Part shown: in pieces, positions 49,552-59,325 of the stretch
Layout: the number at the start of each line of letters is the position of its first letter
Numbering within the stretch: position 1 is the first letter of the stretch
Source: Candidatus Daviesbacteria bacterium
Lineage (GTDB): Bacteria; Patescibacteriota; Microgenomatia; Daviesbacterales; UBA10151
Direction of reading: 5' to 3'
DNA length: 64,000 nucleotides
Assembly: GCA_016186955.1 (NCBI GenBank)
Contig: JACPKP010000009.1
Location: 161,595-225,594, forward strand
Notes under the pieces: generated by a model
Databases searched by the model: none
Told to the model about the DNA's origin: nothing
The model's input: the letters and a program-made list of their open reading frames with translations, nothing else
Made by a program: the position numbers and the translations under genes

Positions 49552-51233
49552 ACAGTAAAAAATCAACCCTGATTATCTTATTCTTGTTGACCTTATTGGG
49601 TGGCTTACTAAGGTTTTATAAATTAACAGAAAATCCGGTAAGTTTAAACCCTGATGAAGTTTCCTTTGCGTATAGCGCTTACTCGGTACTGAAAACCGGA
49701 AAGGATGAGTATGGAAAATTTTTACCTATAACTTTTAAGTCAGTGGGAGATTATAAAAATCCCGTACCGGTTTATTCACTAGTTTTATCTGAAGCGGTGT
49801 TTGGACTGAATGATTTTGGTGAAAGGTTTCCGTTTGCTTTTTTTGGTACATTGGCTATACCGGTTTTGTTTTTTCTGGCTTTTCAGTTGACAAAAAATAA
49901 AAATATTGCATTTTTGGCAGCAGGAATGCTGGTTATTTCACCATGGCATGTTTTTTACAGCCGTTATGGTAATGACCCGCCAATGGGGATGGTTGTAGCC
50001 AGTTTAGGGTTGCTGTTTTTTTTGAAGATGATTGAGAAACGGGGTATCTACACTATCCTTGCAGCCTTCTTTCTGGTTTTATCGATGTATTCATACTATT
50101 CTGAGAGGGTTTTTATTCCCCTACTTTTCCTGCTGCTTATTACTCTTTTCTTTGGTAATTTGAAGAAACACTTGAAAAGCACGATTGTTTTTCTTACTGC
50201 ATCTGCAATTTTTGTCAGCCTGTTGGTGTTGAGAAGCTTTTTTGGGCCGGATTTGGCAAGAGGGAATATGGTTTTTATAGCTAAGGATGTTGATTACCTG
50301 AGGTATATTGCACTGGATCATGTCAGTCCGGGCTTAAATTTAGGCGGTATCCACATTGAAGAAACCTTCGCCCTGCTGACACTTGTGGTAGGACGTTATT
50401 TAAATTACCTTCAGCCTGATTTTTTATTTTTTACAGGGCTTAATATGACACATGAAGGAAGTTTGGGGCTTGGAGTATTATACTTATTTGACCTTCCGCT
50501 GTTGATTTTGGGTATATTGGAACTTATAAAAGGTAAATTTCCAAATAGGGGGTTAAATACGAAGTACCAAGTCCCGCTTATTTTCGGTTGGATAGCGCTT
50601 TCCTTTATACCCGCAGCCTTGACTAATAACGAACACAATGCCGGAAGGACAATTCAGGCTTTGCCGATGGTACTGTTAATAAGCGCCATAGGGTTTACTA
50701 AATTTATAGAATTTATCAGAAAAATGAAGCAGGTTTATATTAAAACAGCTGCCGTTTTATTTTGCGGATTGTTTGTCCTGATCAGTTTAATACACGCATT
50801 GATTACATATTCGGTACATTTTCCTGTAGATAGAAGTGAGTTTTCCATGAAAGGAAACAAGGAAGCGGTGGAATATATTCTGGCCAACAAAGAAAAATAC
50901 CAGGAAGTAGTCTTTGACCCTTTCAGGGGAGTTGATGCACCGGCTATATACAGTCTGCCGGGGTATTATATTTTGTTTTATGCAAAGTATGATCCGGCGC
51001 TGTACCAGAAGGAATTGATAGAGAATGAGAAAAAAGGGATTTCAGGTTTTGGCCAGTACAGGATAAGAAAAATTTACTGGCCCAATGACAGGTATGCTAA
51101 AGATACACTTTTTGTGGGCAGCCCCTGGAGCCTGCCGCTAAAAGACATAAAAGAGGAAGAAATTTTAAAAAGAATATATTTAAGCAACGGCCAACTGGCA
51201 CTGCTGGTTGTTAACCCCAAGCCTCCAAAATGA
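49548..51233 (+). CDS. ArnT/PMT-family GT-C glycosyltransferase
   Basis: SLNPDEVSFAYSAYSVLKTGKDEYG, GDYKNP, SPWHVFYSR. Confidence 0.87.
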   Translation: MNSKKSTLIILFLLTLLGGLLRFYKLTENPVSLNPDEVSFAYSAYSVLKTGKDEYGKFLPITFKSVGDYKNPVPVYSLVLSEAVFGLNDFGERFPFAFFGTLAIPVLFFLAFQLTKNKNIAFLAAGMLVISPWHVFYSRYGNDPPMGMVVASLGLLFFLKMIEKRGIYTILAAFFLVLSMYSYYSERVFIPLLFLLLITLFFGNLKKHLKSTIVFLTASAIFVSLLVLRSFFGPDLARGNMVFIAKDVDYLRYIALDHVSPGLNLGGIHIEETFALLTLVVGRYLNYLQPDFLFFTGLNMTHEGSLGLGVLYLFDLPLLILGILELIKGKFPNRGLNTKYQVPLIFGWIALSFIPAALTNNEHNAGRTIQALPMVLLISAIGFTKFIEFIRKMKQVYIKTAAVLFCGLFVLISLIHALITYSVHFPVDRSEFSMKGNKEAVEYILANKEKYQEVVFDPFRGVDAPAIYSLPGYYILFYAKYDPALYQKELIENEKKGISGFGQYRIRKIYWPNDRYAKDTLFVGSPWSLPLKDIKEEEILKRIYLSNGQLALLVVNPKPPK

Positions 51234-51291
51234 TCAGTGTTGGCAATAGTTAGAAATATTGCATATAATATTGTATTCTGCCCCACAAAAT

Positions 51292-52602
51292 ATGATAAAT
51301 AGGGAATATTTAATTCAAAAACTTCTGCAGGTTAAAACAGCGGAAGAAAGAATACGGGATATTAGACCAATGCCTAAAAGTGCAATTATTTTAGGCGGAG
51401 GTGGAATTACCGCCAAAACTTATGGTCCAAAATTTGCAAAAGCAGACCTTCCAATTGTTGCGTTGCTGGATACAAAAACAAAAGATCAGGCAGTATCACT
51501 TGAGGTGTTGGATCAGGTGGATTATTATCAAATTCCCCAAAATTATAATATTTGTGATATTGAAAAAATTATCCATAATTATTCTGATTCAGCTTTGATT
51601 GTAATGACTCCTCAACAGACTCATACTAGCATACTGGAAAAACTGGCTCCCTTACTTGATAAAAGGCAAATACCTGTTTGGATTGATAAACCATTAGCAA
51701 TGTCAGTAGATGAAGTTGTTAGAATTAGTAAACTAATCGATAGATTTCCCAATTTAGCGCACCTTTTAGTTTCAGGAGGGTTTACTTTGGACAAAGCCAC
51801 TCCCGAACTTACATTACTTGAAGGAAGTCAAAAAGATTTTTTGGGGAAATTAAAAAATGTCCAGTTTCTTTTTATGGAAGGAAGCAGGCAATTTAGAGAG
51901 GTGATAGGGAGTTATGGGAGGCCTCATCTGGCTTTTTATCCCGGGGGAGGAATGTTGGGGGATTTATTGGAACATCTAACAGATAAATTAATCAGAATGA
52001 ATATTATTGATTTAAAGTCTGAATTTTTATCAGTTTATCTTGGATATACTCCCATGGGAGAAGCAAATACTTCGATTCCATGGCAAGTACCAGAAAAGAA
52101 AGGATTAGCTGAAACAGAAGCAGAGCTGGTGATTTATGGAAAAGATAAATTACCAATATTTTTAAATTTTGGCAAAAGGGGAGCACAGTTTCTGGGTGAT
52201 ATCAGAAGGTCAAAATTAGTTTTTGAGAATGCGGTTTTGGAAACTGATTATTCTGATTCTGGTAATGATTACACCTCATTTTTTTCAGTTACTACAAAAG
52301 ATTTCAAGACTACAACCGAGCTTAGTAAAGATCCTTACATATTAATGTTGGAGCGTTATAAAAAGCTTTGGTCTGGAGGAATCAATGGTCAGGGTGGAAT
52401 TTATGCACAACTTGTTAATGCAGTGATGATAGATGATATTTATAAAATCTGGAAAGGGGAAAAACCGTTGATTTTTCAACAATCTCCAAAATCAAAAGCA
52501 TTTCGGGATATATCAAATTACAAAAATTCAGATGAGTATTTTTTTAGACAACAAAGAGATTGGGAAGCGTTTCTAAGACTCCACCAGAGTATTATTTTAT
52601 GA
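51292..52602 (+). CDS. Gfo/Idh/MocA-like oxidoreductase (diverged), paralog A
   Basis: ILGGGGI Rossmann-like start, VMTPQQTH, VWIDKPLAMS, GGGMLGDLLEH. Confidence 0.7.
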   Translation: MINREYLIQKLLQVKTAEERIRDIRPMPKSAIILGGGGITAKTYGPKFAKADLPIVALLDTKTKDQAVSLEVLDQVDYYQIPQNYNICDIEKIIHNYSDSALIVMTPQQTHTSILEKLAPLLDKRQIPVWIDKPLAMSVDEVVRISKLIDRFPNLAHLLVSGGFTLDKATPELTLLEGSQKDFLGKLKNVQFLFMEGSRQFREVIGSYGRPHLAFYPGGGMLGDLLEHLTDKLIRMNIIDLKSEFLSVYLGYTPMGEANTSIPWQVPEKKGLAETEAELVIYGKDKLPIFLNFGKRGAQFLGDIRRSKLVFENAVLETDYSDSGNDYTSFFSVTTKDFKTTTELSKDPYILMLERYKKLWSGGINGQGGIYAQLVNAVMIDDIYKIWKGEKPLIFQQSPKSKAFRDISNYKNSDEYFFRQQRDWEAFLRLHQSIIL

Positions 52603-53294
52603 GAGAAGTTCATCGGTATGGGGTGGTTATTCCTTACAGCCTCAATATCAGGACAGATTCACTGCATTTGGGAGAAGAAAGACTAACTTTTTACTCCGCT
52701 TTTGTATTAAATGCTGTTATAGAATCTTTAAAGCATGGATTGATCAATCAGTGTATTTTTTTTGATGACCCTTCATTTGGGAGTTTTAAAAAATCAACCG
52801 GAGAATTAATGCTCGAAAGTTTATTAAGGACAAAAATTGCCAGCAATAAGGCAATTTTGATGTCCGGTAATTCAAATAATACTGTATCTCAAATAAAGGT
52901 TTTAGGAAAATTTCAAGAGGACTTTAATTTACAATCAGAAAAGTTTTTAATAATTGCCTGGGGATTCCATATAAAAAGGATTAAAAACTACATTAACAGT
53001 TTTAAGGTTAATGCAGATATAGTTAGTGCAGAATCCTTGCACAAGATTTATAGATGTAATTTTAATGAAGCGTATCTACAGAAAATATTGCCAGTTAAAA
53101 TTAGCCAACGAGAAAAAATCTCCGAACTCATATCAAGAATTGACAAACAAGGTCAATTCTTGCTTTTTCTGAAATTATTTACAGGACCAATGGTTACTGA
53201 TATCTACAAAGATGATTCTGGAAAACTACAAGACTTAATTACCCCAGGTAATAAAAGATTAAAGCAAGTTCAGGGTATACAAAAAAGATTTTAG
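52599..53294 (+). CDS. DUF218/YdcF/ElyC-like protein
   Basis: SNNTVSQI and FLIIAWGFHIKRIK resemble the DUF218 S.NT.EN and ILVT..FH..RA motifs; ATGA-coupled to the upstream gene. Confidence 0.6.
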   Translation: MREVHRYGVVIPYSLNIRTDSLHLGEERLTFYSAFVLNAVIESLKHGLINQCIFFDDPSFGSFKKSTGELMLESLLRTKIASNKAILMSGNSNNTVSQIKVLGKFQEDFNLQSEKFLIIAWGFHIKRIKNYINSFKVNADIVSAESLHKIYRCNFNEAYLQKILPVKISQREKISELISRIDKQGQFLLFLKLFTGPMVTDIYKDDSGKLQDLITPGNKRLKQVQGIQKRF

Positions 53295-53340
53295 TTAGTA
53301 GATTTTTTTATGGATATGTTATATTTGTATTGAATTTTAT

Positions 53341-54267
53341 ATGACAGAAGTTAAAGAATCTAAAAATTACCGTCCCAAAGTATCAGTGGTTGTTTTGGGT
53401 AGAGGTGTGGGTATACATGATAAAAAGTTGAGTTTAAGATATGGCGCTGGTAGTGAACAGGATAGACAATCGATATTGGAAGAAATCAAAAATAGTAAAG
53501 GAAGACAAATTAAGCCAACAAGGCTGATTGAAACTGCAGTTTTAAAAACACCGGAAAAGGGTATCTTTGGGCCAGAAGAACACCCAATATTTAATAAAGA
53601 GGCTGATCCTAATGCAATAGACTCCAGATATGCTGGGGCAAATGCCAATGTGATTGCTGCGGTTGATGTTGTGGGCGGGATTATCGATGAAAATAAAAAA
53701 GAATTAGTCGGGGTTTTATGGGCAGCCGGCCGGACACCGGATATGTTGTCATATGCTCCTGAAGGTTTAACACAGGGAGAAGTCCTGGCTAGAAAATTCA
53801 TCAATCATGTAGGAATAAAAGTCATGGGAAAAAATATTCAGATGGTTTTTGAGCCGGAAAATGTTAATACGTGGGATGACCTGATCTGTTCTTTAAAGTG
53901 GGCGGAAGCCCAAAATAGCGATGAAATAATAATAGTAACAGTAAAACCCCATATGAAACGCTCGAAAGATATGGCGGAAGAAGTACTAGGGGAGATGCGT
54001 GCAGAAGGTTTGAAGATTCCTAAAATGGATTATGTAATATCCGAAGAGAGGTTGATTCAACGCAACCCAAGGTATTTATCTTTAGTGGAAAAAGCCAGGG
54101 ATAGTTTGGCTTATCATGCTACCTCAGCCAGAGAACATTCAGGTATGGTGCAAAGAAAGATTGGGACTTATAGGTCACAATGGCAGGATGGCGGTAATAA
54201 AATCAGGGAATATTCAAAACTTGTATTAGTTATGACTCCTGAAGAAGTGCAGTTGAGGGCGATGTAA
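53341..54267 (+). CDS. DUF218/YdcF/ElyC-like protein
   Basis: VVVLGRG, FEPENVNTWDDL, IIIVTVKPHMKRS. Confidence 0.6.
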   Translation: MTEVKESKNYRPKVSVVVLGRGVGIHDKKLSLRYGAGSEQDRQSILEEIKNSKGRQIKPTRLIETAVLKTPEKGIFGPEEHPIFNKEADPNAIDSRYAGANANVIAAVDVVGGIIDENKKELVGVLWAAGRTPDMLSYAPEGLTQGEVLARKFINHVGIKVMGKNIQMVFEPENVNTWDDLICSLKWAEAQNSDEIIIVTVKPHMKRSKDMAEEVLGEMRAEGLKIPKMDYVISEERLIQRNPRYLSLVEKARDSLAYHATSAREHSGMVQRKIGTYRSQWQDGGNKIREYSKLVLVMTPEEVQLRAM

Positions 54268-54280
54268 AATTTACATAAGA

Positions 54281-54309
54281 TTGACTTTTTGAGGGGTTTA
54301 ATTTAGTAT
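54281..54309 (+). promoter_or_regulatory. promoter TTGACT-17-TAGTAT upstream of hddA
   Basis: Near-consensus hexamers with a 17-nt spacer in the intergenic gap. Confidence 0.5.
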
Positions 54310-54326
54310 CCAAAGCATCCAACCAG

Positions 54327-55304
54327 ATGATTATAACCCAGACCCCTTTAAGAATTAGTTTTGTGGGCGGAGGGACGGATCTGCCTGATTTTTATACAAA
54401 CTATGGCGGGGCTGTCATATCAACTGCAATCAATAAATATGTTTTTGTGATTGTTAAGGAAAGGTTTGATGATAAAATTTACTTAAACTGGATGAAAAAG
54501 GAAATTGTTGAAAGTGTTGACCAGATAGAGCATGAGCTAATCAGGGAAGCTATGAAAAAAACTCAAGTTTTAAAGGGGGTGGAGATCACAACCTTATCCG
54601 ATATACCTGCCGAGGGGTCAGGGTTGGGATCATCTTCCAGTATTACAGTGGGTTTGCTGCAGGCGATGTATTTGTATAAAGGGATGCCGGTTGATCCCGA
54701 GAGGTTGGCCAAAGAGGCATCGGAGATCGAAATTGATATTTTGGGAAAGCCGATCGGTAAACAGGACCAATATATAGCAAGCTACGGAGGTTTGAGACAT
54801 TTTACATTCCACCAGAATAATAATGTTTCCATTACCCAACCCAAGATTGAACAAGCGTTAATTGACAAACTTGGGGCAAATTTGTTACTTTTTTTTACAG
54901 GAAAGACCAGAAAATCTTCAGAGGTACTGACAGAACAAAAGCAGAAAATAGTTGATACGGCGGCAATTTTGAGGCAGATGAGGGATCAAAGCTATGAAGT
55001 GTTAAGCGCCTTAGAAAATGGTAATATTGATTTTCTAGGGGAAGCCTTAGACAGGGGTTGGGAATTGAAAAAACAGTTGGCAGGGAGGATTAGCAGTCCT
55101 GAGATAGACAATATGTACAAGTTAGCCAAAAAAGCAGGGGCGCTTGGCGGGAAGATTGCCGGCGCAGGAGGCGGGGGGTTTATGCTTTTATATGTGCCTT
55201 TAGAGGCACAAAATAATGTGCGCAAGGCGCTATCAGAATACAGGGAGATGCATTTTGGGTTTGAGAAAGACGGCAGCAAGTCAATTTTTAATATCAGAAG
55301 GTAA
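54327..55304 (+). CDS. hddA: D-glycero-alpha-D-manno-heptose-7-phosphate kinase (GHMP kinase)
   Basis: TPLRISFVGGGTD, GSGLGSSS, GKQDQY, GGKIAGAGGGGF; clustered with gmhA/gmhB. Confidence 0.88.
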   Translation: MIITQTPLRISFVGGGTDLPDFYTNYGGAVISTAINKYVFVIVKERFDDKIYLNWMKKEIVESVDQIEHELIREAMKKTQVLKGVEITTLSDIPAEGSGLGSSSSITVGLLQAMYLYKGMPVDPERLAKEASEIEIDILGKPIGKQDQYIASYGGLRHFTFHQNNNVSITQPKIEQALIDKLGANLLLFFTGKTRKSSEVLTEQKQKIVDTAAILRQMRDQSYEVLSALENGNIDFLGEALDRGWELKKQLAGRISSPEIDNMYKLAKKAGALGGKIAGAGGGGFMLLYVPLEAQNNVRKALSEYREMHFGFEKDGSKSIFNIRR

Positions 55305-55311
55305 GAACTAT

Positions 55312-56739
55312 ATGAATACAGAAGCAGATACTAAAGGTTTTATCAGTCGAGCAAGTGTTGTCCAGAGTCTACAAACTCTTAAGCAACTAGAATTAAATCC
55401 CAGAGAAGTTACAAAAGCTCCCAAAAGTATTATTTTAATAGGAGGCGCTGGAGTTACAGCTCAAAGATATGCAGAGAGAATATCCAAAGCTGATTTAGTT
55501 GTAGAGGCAGTTGCAGATCTAAAACCTGCAGATCAAGTAGAGTTGCGTGGCCCGTTAGCTGGAGCTGAATACTTACAACTTACAGCTAACTACTCATCTA
55601 AGGATATCGAAAAACTGACAAAAAAGTATCCTGATGCTGCCTTGGTAGCAATGACTCCTCAGGATACACATACTGAAATTTTGCTGAAGCTAGCTGGTTT
55701 AATAGAAAGAGACAGTATACCAACTTGGATTGATAAACCACTAGCTATGAGCACAGCAGAATCAATAAAAGTTTTGAGGTTATTAATAACCCATCCTAGA
55801 CTGGCTCATTTAGTTGTTTCTGGCGGTTATACAATAGATAAAGCTACACCGGAGCTTATTTTTTATGGAGTCTTTGACCCTAATTACCCTTTTTCAGACC
55901 GGATAAAACCACTAGATTCTCAAACCCCTGATTTTCTAGAAGCTTACGGTAATACTGAAAGAAATAGACAAAAAATGGGCAGTCTCAAAAATGTCAAATT
56001 TTTGTTTGTTGAGGGACGACCAGCTACACGGGAAATAATTGGATGGGTTGGAAGGGCTCATCTGGCAGTTTTCCCCGGAGGCGGTATAACCGGAGACTTA
56101 CTTGAGCACCCTACAGATAAGTTATTTAAGATGGGTATATTAGATATTGATACAAAACTGCTTTCAGTTTACTTAGGTTATACTAGCCCTGGTACAGCTA
56201 ATACCTCAATACCCTGGGAAAAACCAGAAGGGAGAGGCCTAGCAGATATTGAAGGAGAAATTATAATGCAGAATAGAGATGGTGTACCCATTTTGCTCTC
56301 TTATGGTAAAAGAGGCCCTGAATTTTTAGGTGATATCCGTAGATCAAAGCTAACATTTGAACATGGAATTATTGAAACCCAATATAAAACCACCGATCAA
56401 GGTAGAGAGTTTAACCAATTTACTGTCTTTAATGCTGATGGGTCTCGTCATAACTACCTTCTTGACGGAGATTCATATGCAATGATGCTAGAAAGATACA
56501 AACTTTTGTGGAGCGGGCAGTTAACAGGCCAATCAACGTTATATAGTCAACTTTGTAATGCATTTTTTATTGAAGATATTTTCCGTTTATGGGATCAGCA
56601 AAATCCCTGCCTGTTTGAATGTTCGCCTAAAGCAGACAAATTTAGATCTAATAGAAATAAAGAGCTAACTCAGCATGATTTGGAAAAAACGGAACAAGAC
56701 TGGCAAGCTCTTCTAAATTTACATCCCGAATTGAAATAA
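55312..56739 (+). CDS. Gfo/Idh/MocA-like oxidoreductase (diverged), paralog B
   Basis: ILIGGAGV, AMTPQDTH, WIDKPLAMS, GGGITGDLLEH; colinear similarity to the 51292 protein. Confidence 0.7.
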   Translation: MNTEADTKGFISRASVVQSLQTLKQLELNPREVTKAPKSIILIGGAGVTAQRYAERISKADLVVEAVADLKPADQVELRGPLAGAEYLQLTANYSSKDIEKLTKKYPDAALVAMTPQDTHTEILLKLAGLIERDSIPTWIDKPLAMSTAESIKVLRLLITHPRLAHLVVSGGYTIDKATPELIFYGVFDPNYPFSDRIKPLDSQTPDFLEAYGNTERNRQKMGSLKNVKFLFVEGRPATREIIGWVGRAHLAVFPGGGITGDLLEHPTDKLFKMGILDIDTKLLSVYLGYTSPGTANTSIPWEKPEGRGLADIEGEIIMQNRDGVPILLSYGKRGPEFLGDIRRSKLTFEHGIIETQYKTTDQGREFNQFTVFNADGSRHNYLLDGDSYAMMLERYKLLWSGQLTGQSTLYSQLCNAFFIEDIFRLWDQQNPCLFECSPKADKFRSNRNKELTQHDLEKTEQDWQALLNLHPELK

Positions 56740-56762
56740 CTCAATATGATGAATAAGTTAAA

Positions 56763-57449
56763 ATGATTAATGTAAAAAATATTGCTCGAAACTATTTGAA
56801 TGATCTTAAAGATTCTTTAGGAAAAATTAAACTAGCAGATGTTCAAAAACTAGCAGATGTCTTATTAGAAGCTTACAAAAACGATAAAACCGTCTATATT
56901 TTAGGAAATGGCGGTGCAGCTTCAACCGCTTCTCATATGGCTTGTGATTTAGGGAAAGGGACTTTAAAAAATGTTTATAACCCCAGGGAGAAACGATTGA
57001 GGGTAGTATCGTTATCAGATAATGTTGCAACAATGACCGCTTTTGCTAATGACCTGTCGTTTGATGATATGTTTTTGCAACAACTTCATAATTTAGTACA
57101 AGAAGGGGATGTGGTGATAGGCATATCAGGGTCGGGTAATACACCAAATATTATCAAAGCATTAATGTATGCCAAAAACGAAGGAGCCAAAACAATAGGT
57201 CTTTTAGGGTATCACACCGGAGGTAAGGCAAAAGAGTTTGTTGATTTTGGTATCACAGTCCAAAGCAGCAGCTATGGAATTATTGAAGATGTCCATCTGG
57301 CGCTCAACCACCTGCTTACAAGCTGTCTTGCTTATATGAAAGAGCATATAGATAATGGTACGGATCCGGAAAAAGCTGTGGGTAAAAAAATTAATAAATC
57401 CCCAAAAGGGCAGGTTGCAGAATGGACGGAAAGGTCTGCCAGAAGATAA
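56763..57449 (+). CDS. gmhA: SIS-domain phosphoheptose isomerase-like protein (variant)
   Basis: GNGGAASTASHMACD, ANDLSF, GISGSGNTPN, IIEDVH. Confidence 0.8.
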   Translation: MINVKNIARNYLNDLKDSLGKIKLADVQKLADVLLEAYKNDKTVYILGNGGAASTASHMACDLGKGTLKNVYNPREKRLRVVSLSDNVATMTAFANDLSFDDMFLQQLHNLVQEGDVVIGISGSGNTPNIIKALMYAKNEGAKTIGLLGYHTGGKAKEFVDFGITVQSSSYGIIEDVHLALNHLLTSCLAYMKEHIDNGTDPEKAVGKKINKSPKGQVAEWTERSARR

Positions 57450-57458
57450 TATTAACCT

Positions 57459-58019
57459 TTAATACTCGGCTTCTATAAACTCAAAAACTATATGTATGAT
57501 TAAAGCATGCAGTTCCTGAATTCTGGCAGTTTTATCAGAATTAATAGATAAAGACTTATCCGCGATCTCCTTAGCCTTACTTTTTGTATTGCCGGTAAAA
57601 ATCCAGGTTTTTATTCCCAATGTTTTTGCAGTTTCCAAAGCCTTAATTACGTTGGGTGAATTTCCGGAGGTAGATATCCCGACTGCCAAATCCCTTCTGT
57701 AAGCGAATGCTTCAACTTCTCTTGAAAAAATCTCTTCGAACCCAAAGTCGTTGCTGATGCCCGTAATGTTTGAAAAGTTTGTACCAAGAGCAAGCGCCGG
57801 CAGCGGTTTTCTGCGTTTTACAAACCGGCCCACAAACTCTTCTGCCCAATGAGAGGCCTGCGTCGCAGAACCCCCGTTACCGAAAAACAGAATTTTTCCC
57901 CCCCTTTTTAACACCTGCAAAAAATCAGTTTTTAGTTCATCTATCTCTTGGAGATTTATATCCAGAACAACTTTGATATGCTCCAGAAGAATAGATTGGA
58001 TATAATTTTTATCTATCAT
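57459..58019 (-). CDS. gmhA: phosphoheptose isomerase (canonical motifs)
   Basis: FFGNGGSATQASHWAEEFVGRF, SNDFGF, GISTSGNSPNV, TARIQELH. Confidence 0.9.
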   Translation of the reverse strand: MIDKNYIQSILLEHIKVVLDINLQEIDELKTDFLQVLKRGGKILFFGNGGSATQASHWAEEFVGRFVKRRKPLPALALGTNFSNITGISNDFGFEEIFSREVEAFAYRRDLAVGISTSGNSPNVIKALETAKTLGIKTWIFTGNTKSKAKEIADKSLSINSDKTARIQELHALIIHIVFEFIEAEY

Positions 58020-58096
58020 CAATGGAGGTTCTTAGGTGATTATACACAAAACATATTGGTTTCCAAGATATTAAATTTTTGATAGAATAATCGACA

Positions 58097-58822
58097 ATGA
58101 AAGCATTAATTCTCGCAGCAGGACTTGGCGCCAGGTTGCGGCCTTTAACAGATAAAATTCCCAAGGTTATGGTGGATATTGGTGGTAAACCGCTACTTTG
58201 GTATCATGTCCAACTACTTAAAAAACATGGGATAAAAGACATCTGGATCAATCTGCATTGGCGTCCTGAAGTCATAAAAAGCTATTTTGGTAATGGTTCT
58301 AAGTTTGGTATAAAAATTAAATATTCTTTTGAAAAAAAACTTTTGGGTACATCCGGCGCTCTTAAAAACCCTGATAGCAATGTTGAAAAAGAATTAAGAA
58401 AGGCGCCTTTTTTGGTTTTTTATGGGGATAATTTAACAAATATTAATATTAGTAAAATGATAAGTTTTCACAAAATAAGAAAATCTTTCTTAACAGTAGC
58501 CCCTTATATTTATGAAAAGGCTTGGAAGAAAGGAGTTATTGAAATAGATACCAAACAACAGATCTTGCAATTTGTTGAAAAACCACTAAAAGGCGCTACT
58601 AAATCTAAACTGGTTAATTCAGGAGTATATATTTGTTCAAATAAAGTTTTTAATTTTGTCCCTGATGATTTTTCTGATTTTGGTTTTGATATCTTCCCGA
58701 AGCTTTTAGCAGCAAAAATGCCCCTTTACACCTTTAGTCCGGATTATTATTTTCAAGATATAGGAACTTTTGAGGGATTAAGGAAAGCAAAAAAGGATTT
58801 AAAAAAAATAGATTTATGGTAA
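58097..58822 (+). CDS. sugar-1-phosphate nucleotidyltransferase (HddC/GDP-mannose pyrophosphorylase-like)
   Basis: KALILAAGLGARLRPLT..PK, LGTSGAL, YGDN, FVEKP, DIGT; adjacent to gmhB. Confidence 0.85.
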   Translation: MKALILAAGLGARLRPLTDKIPKVMVDIGGKPLLWYHVQLLKKHGIKDIWINLHWRPEVIKSYFGNGSKFGIKIKYSFEKKLLGTSGALKNPDSNVEKELRKAPFLVFYGDNLTNINISKMISFHKIRKSFLTVAPYIYEKAWKKGVIEIDTKQQILQFVEKPLKGATKSKLVNSGVYICSNKVFNFVPDDFSDFGFDIFPKLLAAKMPLYTFSPDYYFQDIGTFEGLRKAKKDLKKIDLW

Positions 58823-59325
58823 AATCCCGTAAAGTGGAAAAAAAAGCCCTTTTTTTGGACAGGGATGGGGTGATTAATAAAAAACCTCCTGAACATGATT
58901 ATGTTAAATCCTGGGATGAATTTGAGTTGTTGCCGGATGTTATATCTGCAGTTTTACTGGCAAGAGACAAAGGATATTTTGTGATAGTAATTTCAAACCA
59001 GAGAGGAATTTCAAGAAAATTAATGAGAACAGAAGTTGTTGATGGTATACATAAAAACTTAAACGAAATACTAAAAAGAAATGGTACATATATTGATGCA
59101 TTTTACTTATGCCCTCATGACATTCCTGATAACTGCGAATGCAGAAAACCCAAACCTGGCTTGATTATGAAGGCTGCTTTAGATTTTGATATTGATCTTG
59201 GGAAGTCATTTTATATCGGAGACTCCCAAACTGATTATCAAGCAGGGGTTGCAGCTGGTGTTCGTACGGCGCTGATAGAAACAAACGGTTCTTTGCTGCA
59301 TGCCGTAAAAGGAATCTTAAATTAA
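58816..59325 (+). CDS. gmhB: D-glycero-D-manno-heptose 1,7-bisphosphate phosphatase
   Basis: LFLDRDGVIN, SNQRG, CPH....CECRKPKPG, IGDSQTD. Confidence 0.92.
   Translation: MVKSRKVEKKALFLDRDGVINKKPPEHDYVKSWDEFELLPDVISAVLLARDKGYFVIVISNQRGISRKLMRTEVVDGIHKNLNEILKRNGTYIDAFYLCPHDIPDNCECRKPKPGLIMKAALDFDIDLGKSFYIGDSQTDYQAGVAAGVRTALIETNGSLLHAVKGILN

Noticed and set aside
11659-55311. Upstream starts given by the ORF track at 11659, 29463, 43559, 51259, 52560 and 55216
   Set aside because: They overlap upstream genes or promoters; downstream ATGs at 11719, 29511, 43586, 51292, 52599 and 55312 fit family N-termini and coupling better.
54327-59325. LPS inner-core ADP-heptose pathway
   Set aside because: A GHMP kinase (HddA) with a separate nucleotidyltransferase indicates the GDP-alpha route; no HldE, HldD or lipid A genes are in the window.
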